A DNA stretch of 50,600 nucleotides from assembly GCF_030028105.1 (NCBI RefSeq), contig NC_092374.1, positions 204,996,724-205,047,323 on the forward strand. Direction: 5' to 3'. Positions 12,065 through 24,000 of this stretch are shown one piece after another (position 1 is the stretch's first letter; each line of letters begins with the position of its first letter). The notes under the pieces are model-generated. The model was not told where the DNA came from and did no database searches. It worked only from the letters and a program-made list of their open reading frames with translations. This stretch comes from Mobula birostris. Taxonomy: Eukaryota. A program made the translations under genes and the position numbers.

Positions 12065-15000
12065 CTGAGGGAAGAGGAGGAGACCGGAGGTTAGGCCTAC
12101 CTAGTTTCCAGCAGAACTAGTGCACCAGCCCAGAGCCCGGCTCCAGGCTTTCCTGGTTCATCCTCCCCGGTGACAGCCCCAGCCAGTCTGCGGCCGTCCT
12201 CCACCGCACAAACCCCTGTGCCACCGTTCCACACCCCCCCAGCCCCAAATCTGTCTCAACAGCACTCAGCCCCCCGCCCCCCAACACTCACCCCTCCCTC
12301 TTTCAGCCCCTGCCTCCCGGCATGGCTCCTCCCACAGGACACGGACACCTTCCCACCCAGCCCCTTTACCCCAGCTCAGACCCGCCTCCCAAGCAGCACA
12401 CGCTCTGCCCCGAAACGCCTGAATGGAACATCCTAGAAAAAGTCGTGGATACGGCCGAGTCTGTCAAGGGTAAAGCCCTCCCCCCTCCCCGTTGAGCACA
12501 TCTACGCGAGAAGGCAGCATCAAGGATCCCTACCGCCCAGGCCAGGCCCTCATCTCACTGCTGTCATCAGGCAGGAGGTACAGGAGCCTCAGGACCCACA
12601 CCGCCAGGTTCAGGAACAGTTATTACCCCTCAACCAGCAGGAACCACCACCCAGGCCAGGCTCTCTTCTCGCTGCTGTCATCAGGCAGGAGGTACAGGAG
12701 CCTCAGGAATCCCACCACCAGGTTCGGGAACGGTCATTACCCCTCGGTCACTGGGCTCTTGAACCAGAGGGGATAATTTCACTCGCCCCAGCACTGAACT
12801 GTTCCCACAACCTATGGACTCACTTTCAAGGACTCTTCATCTCATGATCTCGATATTTATTGCTCATTTATTATTATTTTTCTCTCTTTTTGTATCAGCA
12901 GTTTGTTGTCTTTTGCACATTGGTTGTTTGGCTGCCTTGCTAGATACAGTCTTTTACTAATTCTATTACTTTTCTTTGTACTTATTGTGAAGGGCCACAA
13001 GAAAATGAATCTGAGGGTTGTGTCTGGTGATACACATGAACTTTGATAATGAATTGACTTTGAACTGAACGCACACCTCCTGTTCCCCATGACGAACACA
13101 CCCCAACGATGGCACCCCCTCCTCCCCTCCCCACCGATGGCATCCCCACCCTCCGCTCTTCCCATCTCCAGCTCTTCCTGCAAAGGGAAGCCCACCAGGT
13201 TATGACTATGCCGGAATATTGGGTCAGCTCGAGTTATCAACAAAACGGCACTCACCTGCGGCGACAATGACTCTCTCTGCGGCTGAAAACACAAAGAAAC
13301 CAGAGTTGAACTATCTCCAAACCAACCACCTCAGCCTGGGGTACACGTGCCCCACCCCGAAAACAGCTCTGTCACGCTGAAGGGTTTGGTAGGATTGCAA
13401 GTGAAATGTGCCATTTGTATTCGTGACCAACACAGTCCGAAGATTGTGCTGGGCAGTCTGTAAGTGAGGCCATACTTCCAGTGCCAACAACGCATGCCCA
13501 CAGCTACACGAGCCCTAACCCATGCGTCTTTGGAATGTGGGAGGGAACAATGTGAACGTACAAACTCCTGACAGACAGCGGTGGGAATCGAACCCCACTG
13601 CTAAGCATTTTGCTAGCCACCATGCTGGGTGAGTCAGTGTCAGACAGCTGTTCCTTCACCGATGGGAGAAAGTTCTCTCCCCACCACGGTGCAGGAAATC
13701 TTTCAGATTTCTCACAGTGAGATGGCAGCTCTGCAGGCCTAACGCTTCCTGTATAGAACACAGGAACAGGCCATTCGGCCCACAATGTTGTGCCGATCCA
13801 ATGAAATTAGTCATCAAAAGGGCAACTGAACTAATCCCTTCTGCCTACACAATGTCCGTATCCTTCCATTTTCCTCACATTCATGTGTCTATCTCAACAT
13901 CTTTTAAAGTCTCCAGTGTACCTGCCTCTCCCATCACCCCAGGCAGAGTATTCCAGGCACCTACCACACTCTGTGTAAAAAAAAAACCCTGCCCCTCACA
14001 TCTCCTTTGAAATTTCCCCCTTCTCATCTTAAGTAAATGTCTTCTGGTATCAGACATGGAAAAAGTTACTATCTGTCTACTCCATCTAATTAAAGGCATC
14101 CATTAGTCTTGCAAGATCTTGGATTTGCGCCTTGGAAGGTTTCCAGGGCGCAGGCCTGGGCAAGGTTGTATGGAAGACCGGCAGTTGCCCATACTGCAAA
14201 TCTCCCCTCTCCACGCCACCGATGTTGTCCAAGGGAAGGGCATTAGGATCCATACAGCTTGGCACCAGTGTCGTCGCAGAGCAATGTGTGATTAAGTGCC
14301 TTGCTCAGGGACACGTTGCCTCGGCCAAGGCTCGAAACCACAACCTTCAGGTCGCTAGTCCAATGCCTTAACCACTTGGCCATGTGCCCACTACTTACTC
14401 CATATATGCCTTTCATAATCTTATAAACCTGTATCAGATCTCTCAGCCTCTGTTGATGAAGTGAAACCAACCTAAGTTTGTCCAGCCTCTCGTTATAATC
14501 CAGGCAGAATCATGGTCAACCTCTTCTGCACCCTCTCCAAAGCCTCGACATCTTTCCTATAATGGGGAGACCACAACTGTATGCAACACTCCAGCTGGGG
14601 CTGCTGGGGTGACATTGGGGGCTCAGGGTCATTTCATTTAGCTTCTGTCTGTGCAGCGTGAGAAGGAGGTTCCCCAGTTGCGATGTGGAATCCCCCTCAA
14701 CCCAAGTCAGAGGAGATTTACCAGAATGCTGCCTGGATTAGAGAGCAGGTCCTATGAGGGCAGGTTGAGCGAGCCAGGGCTTTTCTCTGTGAAGCAAAGG
14801 AGGATGAGGTGAAGACGATAAGAGACATTGATTGAGTGGGCAGCCAGAGACTTTTCTCGCAGGGTGGAAAGGACTAATACGAGAGGGTATAATTTTACAG
14901 CAATCCGAGGAATGTATGGAGGGATGGGATAAGACCCCCCACCCCACAGAGCGTGATAAGTGCGTAGAACACGCTGCCGGGGTGGTGGTTGAGGCAGGTA

Positions 15001-18000
15001 CATTTGGGACATTTAAAAGAGTCTTAGACAGACACGTGGATGATATAAAAAATGGAGGGCAATGTGGAATGTAAGAGATCTTAGAGTAGTTTAAAAGGTC
15101 AGCACAGTGGCTGTACTGTGCTGTACTATTCAACGTTCTAAGTTCTGAATACACCCCTCCCAGGACGCCCAGCATTACACACTCCGTTAGCAGGAGGGGA
15201 CTGAAGACCGACACTTTCACTTTGTGGAAACTGCAGATATCAGCTTTGGGTATGGCAGATGAACATCAGTTCAGCACTGGCCCAAGGAGAAATCCACCCC
15301 CACCCGCCAAAGGTCTTTAGAACAGACATCTCTGGATGTACTGTCTCCATTGAAGATGGTTCTGTCAGTTCAAGTTCAAGAGCTTAGTGTGGGGCTTTGT
15401 TCTCAGCTCCACAGTGTGCCAGAGAACCAGAGCGTCCCAGAGGCTCACTCCAGGCTAGCGACAGTCTGTGACGTTTGAGACCTTACCTTCTGTGGACAGT
15501 GTCGTCTCCAGATCTGTAACAAAAGAGATGAGATTTCGGTTAACGAAACACCAGATTGTTATGGCTCAGCACAAGCTCAGTCAGCTCTGCTCCATCATAA
15601 AGGACGCCCACCAGCCAGGCTTTGTGCTCGTCTCGCTGCTGTCACCATCAGGCAGGAGGTACCACAAATAACCCACACACCATGAACCGCAGAGTCTGCA
15701 GAAGTGAGGGCACAGACACCAGCCAGTTCAGCACCGAGCCAAGCAGAAAGTCCGATGGCTGCAGGTCACAGCCACGGTGCCAGTTCAGGACCGAGGGAGA
15801 CGGACCAGGAGCCCGATGGCTGCAGGTCACAGCCACGGTGCCAGTTCAGGACCGAGGGAGACGGTCCAGGAACCCGATGGTTCTGTGGCTGTGGCCTGCA
15901 ACCAGTTCAGGACCGAGGGAGACGGTCCAGGAGCCCGATGGCTGCTGGTCACAGCCACGGAGCCAGTTCAGGACTGAGGGAGACGGACCAGGAGCCCGAT
16001 GGCTGCAGGCCACAGTGGCAGAGTCTTCAGGGTGCTGCTCTCCCCAGTGACTCTAGATTGTCCCCTAGGTGCTCCAATTTCCTCCCACAACCTTCATAAA
16101 TCAAAGCATTGAGTACAGCAGCTGGGATGTTACATTGAAGTCGGTGACACTGGTGAGGCCTAATTTAGATATTTTGTGGAGTTGCAGTCACCTACCCACA
16201 GGAAATATATCAGTAAGTGAAAGAGTACAGACGTTGCTGGCACTACAGGAGCTGAGTCACAGGAAAAGGATGGATAGGTCAGGACTTCATGTTGTACTCC
16301 CCAATCAGGGCCAGTCACAAGTTCCAAGAATCCACTCCCAGCTCCCAAGAAATCAGGAGCAAAAGCAGAGACAGTACAGGAAGAAAATTAAATTAGGTTA
16401 ACACATGAGGAGCAGTTGATGTCTCTGGACCTGTACTCACTGGAGTTTAGAAGAATGAGGAGGGAGGGGTAATCACTGAAACCTATCGAATACTGAAAGC
16501 CCTGGATACAGTGGATGTGGAGAGGATGTTTCCTATAGTGGGGGAGTCTAGGACCAGAGGGCACAGATAGAGTGGATGTGGAGAGGATGTTTCCTATAGT
16601 GGGGGAGTCTAGGACCAGAGGGCACAGATACAGTGGATGTGGAGAGGATGTTTCCTATAGTGGGGGAATTAGGACCAGAGGACACAGATAGAGTGGATGT
16701 GGAGAGGATGTTTCCTGTAGTGGGGAAGTCTAGGACCAGAGGACACAGATAGAGTGCATGTGGAGAGGATGTTTCCTGTAGTGGGGGAGTCTAGGACCAG
16801 AGGGCAGAGACAGAGTGGATGTGGAGAGGATGTTCCCTATAGTGAGGGAGTCAGCATAGTAGGACCAGAGGGCACAGCCTCAGAATAGAGGGACATCCAT
16901 TTAGAACAGATATGAGAGGGAGTTTCTTTAGCCAGAGAGTGGTGAATCTGTGGAATTCATTGCCACAGACAGTTGTGGGGACAAAATCATTGAGTATATT
17001 TAGATAAGAGGTTGATAGGTTCTTGATTAGTCAGGGCATCAAAGGTTATGGGGAGAAGGCAGGAGAATGGGGTTGAGGTGGTTAATAAATCAATCCTGAT
17101 GGAACAGCAAAGCAGACTCGATGGGCTGAATGGCCTTATTCTACTCCTATATCTTAAATCAATCCCCCACACTAGTCAAGAGCAACTTACCATAATTATT
17201 CTGGGCACTTTCTGGAATGAAACAAGAAAGAAAAAGAACAATTAATTCCACTGTGATCATTGGAGAGGAGAAATACAGTTTGGAACTTGACAAAAAATTA
17301 GCTTTTCATTGACCTTACATCTGACCAGCCTGAATCCCGGGGTCCCAGGTTCCACCTGCAGGACACATTCCCAGACTGGCAGTGCCCATGTTTCACACTG
17401 CTGCTGGACTTTCAATCAAAACCAGTGCGAAGGAACAGATCAGTCCCACCCTAGCTACTCTACATCAGCTTCCTCATCTTTCAGAATTGATCTTGAGATT
17501 CTCTTACTTGTTGTTAAAGCTCTCAAAGATCTGGTCATGGCTGAAATTAACTCCTGTCTCATCACGGACCTGGACCTACTGTAATCTGGCTACCGTCGTT
17601 ACAGAAAAGGCAAAGATCCCATTGACTCTTCATGTGGCCTTGGATCACGTGGACTATATAAATACCTTTGTCAGGATGCTGCTTATTGACTACATCTCAG
17701 TGTTTAACACAATCATTCCTACAGTTCTAATTGAAAAACTCCGTAAGCACCTCCTGTAACTGGATCTTTGACTTTCTAACCGGAAGGCCACAACATGTGC
17801 GGAAATAACATCTGCACCTTGCTGACGGTCAACACTGGGGCACCTCAGTGATGTGTGCTTAGCCCACTGCCCCACTCTCTCTCTACGCTCATGACTGTGT
17901 GGCCGGGCACAGCTAAAATGCCATCCACAAAACTTCTGGGCAGTGTCTTTACAAGACGGGTGACCGCAGCTCTTCAGAGGTTGCCTGCCTGGTGTCAGTG

Positions 18001-21000
18001 GTCACATAACCAGGACTTGTGATATGTACCGGCTGCTCATATGGCCATCCACCACCTGATCTCATGGATTCACGTGACCCTGATCAGTGGGGATGGCGGG
18101 GTGGAAGTGGTTTGGTGCTAAGCTGGTGCTACACCTTGTCCAAGGGTGACTTGTAGGCTAGTGGAGGGAAGGAGCATCTTACGTCTCCTTTGCCCTCTAC
18201 AGTCACCTCTAAACACACATCAGAGGGGCCGCACACACCCAATTATCATTGGCAAAATCGACAGACAACCAACACTATGCATTGCAATGTACAGCTGCCA
18301 CGAAACATCAAATTTCACAACAAGTGCGGGTGCTGTTAAGCCCGATTCTGATTCTGAACACACAGTTAAAGTCAGTGACCCATGGAACATGCTGATAGAG
18401 TCCCCAGCAACAGGATAACATCCCCTCCGGAGATGTGGATACACGTCTGTTTCATCAATAAAACTCACCCGTAAGGGTTTTCAGATTTTCTGAAATTAAA
18501 AGAGAAAGATGTTAAAATGAGCATCAAAACACTGAGATCTCAGCCTTGTCCTTCCCTGCCCTGCCCACACATGCGTCCTCTGTTAGAAAGCCGAACCATC
18601 AGCAACTTCAACTCAATACGCCCCACAAGAGGATCCCCATGGTAAATTAACCCTAACTGTAATGAACCGGGCTGTCATCCCAAGACTTGGGCCTTCCCCT
18701 GGAGAAGGTGGTACTGAACTGCCTTCTGGACATGAGGTAATCTTTCTAGCTGAAGGTGCTCCCGCAGTGCTGCTGGCGAGGGACTTCCTGGGTGAAAGAG
18801 GAACACAGAACAGTACAGGCCCTCTGGCCTACCATGTTGTGTCAACCCTTTAACTTTGACCTCCAAGATCAATCTAACCCTTCCCTCCCGCATAACCCCC
18901 CATTTTTCTTTCACCCATGTGCCTCTTAAATGCTCCGAATGAACTTGCCTCGCCTCTAGCGCCACTCCAGGCAGGCAGCATGTTCCACACACCCACCACA
19001 CTTTCCTCCAAACACCTGAAATTGATGGCCCCGCGTTCGTCCCTGGGAAAGTCCCCTCATTATAGGAAGGATATGGAAGCTTTACAAAGGAGATTTACCT
19101 GGATGCTGCCTGGAGCACGCCTTATGAGGATGGGTTGATAGAGGTGTACAAGACGATAAGAGGCGTAGATAGGGTGGATAGCCAGAGACTTTTCCCCAGG
19201 GCGGAAATGGAATAACTGTAAGGCGATTGGAGGGAAGTATGGGAGTGGGGGATAAATCAGCGGTAGCTTTTGTTTTAGACACAGGGAGCGGAAAGAGTGT
19301 GGCAGCTACACGAGGGACATAGATAGGCAGATGGTCGATAGAGAAATGGAGGGTTGTGTGGAAGAGAAGGATTTGATTAATCTTGGAGTGGCACAACTGT
19401 GGACTGAGGGGCATGTACCGTTCCCTGATCTGCCTGTCTGGACTAAGATGGCATCACGTTCGGAGCCCTGAACAATGCTCGATGTCGTACTGGACCCTAT
19501 CTACACGTCAAGAGGAAAACTCCAGATGATGCAGGAAGAACTTCAGCCTCTTACCTATTTCGTTGATTATGGACTCATATTCTGCAAGAACAGAAAAGTA
19601 GTGTCAAAAGCAAGCCGTTAGTAACAACTGATTACAGTTGAGTACAGTACTTTACAAAGCAAAGTAATATGATGGGCAACCATTTTAACCCCTATCCCCA
19701 TTCCCACGATCGGTCCATGGCCTCTTTTTACATGATGAGGCCACACTCAGGTTGCAGGAGCAACACCTCCTATTCCACCTGGGTAGCCCCCAACCTGAGA
19801 GCATGAACATCAATTTCTCCTTCCAAATTTTTATTTCTCTCCTTCTCTCTTTCCTCTTCTATCTGCCATTTCAGCCTCTTACTACTTCACCTCACTTTTC
19901 TAACATCTCCGCCTGCTGCCCCTCCTCCTTTCTTCTCTCCCATGGTCCACTCTCCTCTCCCATCAGATTCCTTCTTCTCCAGCCCTTTACCTTTTGGGAG
20001 GAACCAACTCGAAGGTTCCACCTATCACCTTCCAGCTAGTCCTCCAACCCCCCCACCCCCACTTTTTTATCTGGTATCGTCCCCTTTCCTTCCCAGTCCC
20101 GGTGAAGGCTCCCAGCAGAAACACTGAATGCTGATTCATTTCCATAGGATGCTGCCTGGCCTGCTAAGTTCCTCCACAATCTTGGTGTGCGCTGCTCTGG
20201 ATTTCCAGCAGCTTAATGTGAAAAAGACTAAGGAGCTGGTGGTAGGCCTGAGGAGAGCTAAGGTACCAGTGACCCCTGTTTCCATCCAGGGGGTCAGTGT
20301 GGACATGGTGGAGGATTACAAATATCTGGGGATACGAATTGACAATAAACTGGACTGGTCAAAGAACACTGAGACTGTCTACAAGAAGGGTCAGAGTCGT
20401 CTCTATTTCCTGAGGAGACTGAGGTCCCTTAACATCTGCCGGACGATGCTGAGGATGTTCTACGAGTCTGTGGTGGCCAGTACTATCATGTTTGCTGTTG
20501 TGAGCTGGGGCAGCAGGCTGAGGGTAGCAGACACCAACAGCATCAACAAACTCATTCGTAAAGCTAGTGATGTTGTGGGGATGGAACTGGACTCTCTCAC
20601 AGTGGTGTCTGAAAAGAGGATGCTGTCTAAATTGCATGCCATCTTGGTCAATGTCTCCCATCCACTACATAATGTACTGGGTGGGCACAGGAGTACATTC
20701 AGCCAGAGACTCATTCCACCGAGATGCAGCACAGAGCGTCATAGGAAGTCATTCCTGCCTGTGGCCATCAAACTTTACAACTCCTCCCTTGGAGGGTCAG
20801 ACACCCTGAGCCAATAGGCTGGTCCTGGACTTATTTCAATAATTTACTGGCATAATTTACATATTACTATTTAACTATTTATGGTTCTGTTACTATTTAT
20901 TATTTATGGTGCAACTGTAACGAAAACCAATTTCCCCCAGGATCAATAAAGTATGATTATGACTATGACTATCTGCAGAATCTCATGGCAATATTTTCTT

Positions 21001-24000
21001 CTATGTGCTGTGAGGATGTGGAGGAACGTTGCGCTGTTTGGTTGTACGCATGTACAGTCGAAATGACAATAAACGAACTTAATCTTGAACAAGGCTCTTC
21101 CAGTCCAAATGATGTGTTTGCAATGGGGGATTTTGTGACGTATATTTGAAATGGGAGCTCCAATGCACAGGATTAGAGAACGCTGCAGACCATGGCCAGC
21201 TCAGGCAGCTCAAGCATGGACACTAGCCTCCCACCATCAAGAACACCTTCAAAAGCTACTCAAGAAGGCAGCACACCTTATTAAGGACTCTCTCCATATG
21301 CCTCCTTCTCATTGCCGCCATCACAGGGGAGGTAGAGGAGCTTGAAGACCCACACTCAACATTTTAGGGGAACAGCGTCTTCCCGTCTATCAGATCTCTC
21401 AACGGTTCATGAACCCAGGGACACTCCCATGGTTCTTTGCTCTCTTTGTGCACATTTTTATATATTTCTTACTCTAGCTAAGACCATAAGACATAGGAGC
21501 AGAATGTGCCATTCGGTCCATCAAGTCTGTTCCACAAATGAACAGCTCTTCCATACCTCAGACCAGGTAGCTGAGGACATGGTGGCCCGTGGTGGAGTGA
21601 TTACTTTTGGGAATTAACCAGAATTGGTAAAATCCAGGGATCTAGCCATTCAATTACAAAGATGGCACGAGTTTGGCTACATTTCCCTAAGGGTCTGAGG
21701 AGACTCGGGATGTCACCAAAGTCTCTTGTAAATCTCTGCAGCAAGCACTCTAACTGGCTGCTTTCACTGTCAGGTATAGAGGGGCCACAGCACTGGGTCA
21801 GAAAGTTGCAGACTCAGCCTTTTCGATCGTTCGGTATGCCAACCTCAGTTTCTCCCATCCTGCACCCCCAACCTCCCAAAATCTACCTCCTACCCAAAAT
21901 CCACAAACCCAGCCTGTTTTTGCCCCCACTGAACTGATATCGGCATACCTCAACTCTGTTTTATCCCCCCAGTTCAGTCCCTTCCCACCGACATCCGTGA
22001 CACCTCACATGCTCCTGATCCTTTCAAGAATTTCAGATTTCCTGGCCCCCATCATCTTATTTTTACTGTGGATGTCCAGTCCCTATACACCTCCATCCCC
22101 CACCAGGAAGGCATCAAAACTCTCTGTCTCTTTCTGGACATCATCTTGCCTCTAACCTCCATCCTGCCCTCAGATCCATCTGTCCATTTCTGACAACTCC
22201 CTTCTCTTTCTTGATATCACAGTCTCTATCTCCAGAGAGAGCTAATACACTGATGCCTATTACAAACCTATGGACTCTCACAACTACCTGGACTATACCT
22301 CGCCCCCCCCTGCCACTTGTAAAAACGCCACCCCGTTCTCTCAATTCCTTCGTCTCCACCGCATCTGCTCTCAGGCTGAGGCTTTTCATTCAAGAACGAA
22401 GAAAGGGGCTTCCCTTCCTCCACCATCAAAGCTGTCTCAACCACATCACTTTCATTTCACGCATGTCTGATCTTAACCCATCCTCCCGCTACCCTACCAG
22501 GGTTCCTCTTGTCCTCACCTACCACCCCACCAGCCTCCACATCCAGCACATAATTCTCCGAAACGGGCGCCACCTTCAATGGGATCCCACCACCAAGCTC
22601 ATCTTTCCCCCTCCTCCCCCCTACTTTCTGCTTTCCGCAGGGATCACTCCCTACTTGACTCCCTTGTCCATTCATCCCTCCCCACTGATCCTCCTAGCAC
22701 TTATTCTTGCAAGCGGAACAAGTGCTGCACCTGCCCCTACACCTACTCCCTCGCTACCATTCAGGGCCCCAAACAGTCCTTCCAGGTGAGGCGACTCTTC
22801 ACCTGTGAGTCTGTTAGGGTCCTATACTGTGTATGGTGCTCCCGGTGTGGCCTCCTGTATATCGGTGAGACCCGACGTAATTGGGAGACAGCTTCGCCGA
22901 GCATCTATGCTCCGTCCGCCAGAAAAAGCCAGATCTCCCAGTGGCCACCCATTCTAATTTCAATTCCCATATTTCCATTCATGGCCTCCTCCACTATCGT
23001 GATGAGGCCACACTTAGGTTGGAGGAACAACACCTTATATTCCGTTTGGGTATCCTCCAACCTGATGGCATGAACATCGATTTCTCAAACTTCCAGTAAT
23101 GCCTCCCAACCCAACCGCCCTTCACCATTTCCCAGCCCCGTTTCCCTCCCTCACCGTATCTCCTTGCCCGTCCAACGCCTCCCTCTGGCGCTCCATCCCT
23201 TTTTCTTTCTCCCATGGCCTTCTGTCTCTTTCACCAATCAACTTCCCAGCTCGTTACTTCATCCCTCCCCCTCCAGGTTTCACCTATCACCTTGTGTTCT
23301 CTCTCCCCTCCCCCCCCCACCTTTTAAATCTAGTCCTCAGCCTTTTATCCTCCAGTCCTGCCAAATGATTTCGGCCCAAAATGTCAACTGTGCTCTTTTC
23401 CACAGATGCTGCCTGGCCTGCTGAGCTCCTCCAGCATTTTGTGTGCATTGCTCGGATTTCCAGCATCAGCAGAGTTTCTCGTCAGCCGTTTCGATCATGG
23501 GCACAAGCCTTCCCCAGCAATCAGGACACCTTCAAAGGGTATTGCTTCAAAAAGGCAGCATCCATCATTGAGGAGCCCCCTCACCCAGGACAGGCCCTCT
23601 TCTGACTGACACCGTCAAAGGGGTGGGAGAGGAGCCTGAAGACCCACACTCAATGTTTTAGGAACAGGTTCTTCCTCACCGCCACCAGATTTCTGAATGG
23701 ACAATGAACCAATGGACACTACCTCACTATTTTTGCATTAGTTAATTTTTTTCATACATGTATTTCTCACTGTTATTTATAGTTTTTTTAAAATTATGTA
23801 TTGCAATGTACTGTTGCAACAGATTTCTACATATGCCCAGTGATATTAAACCTGATTCTGATCTAGGAGGTCAGACATGTGACGAACATGAAAACTATTT
23901 CTGAAGGACCAATTTGCTCTTCACCAAGATGCCAGAGTAGGTAGTGAACACAAGGCTTGGTGTGTGTGTCAGGAAACAGAAAGATTAAATCAGGACTCTG

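Noticed and set aside
14315-14390. tRNA-like sequence with A and B boxes
   Set aside because: It continues directly into a SINE body and lacks a clean cloverleaf 3' end, so it is a SINE head rather than a tRNA gene.
15722-16875. Regular repeat arrays resembling CRISPR; both arrays have a ~61-bp period
   Set aside because: No unique spacers, no cas genes, and a eukaryotic context. The two units share no sequence, so the equal period looks coincidental.
21557-21570. Possible extra micro-exon (AG...GTATGG)
   Set aside because: 14 nt would shift the frame, and the pyrimidine tract is weak.
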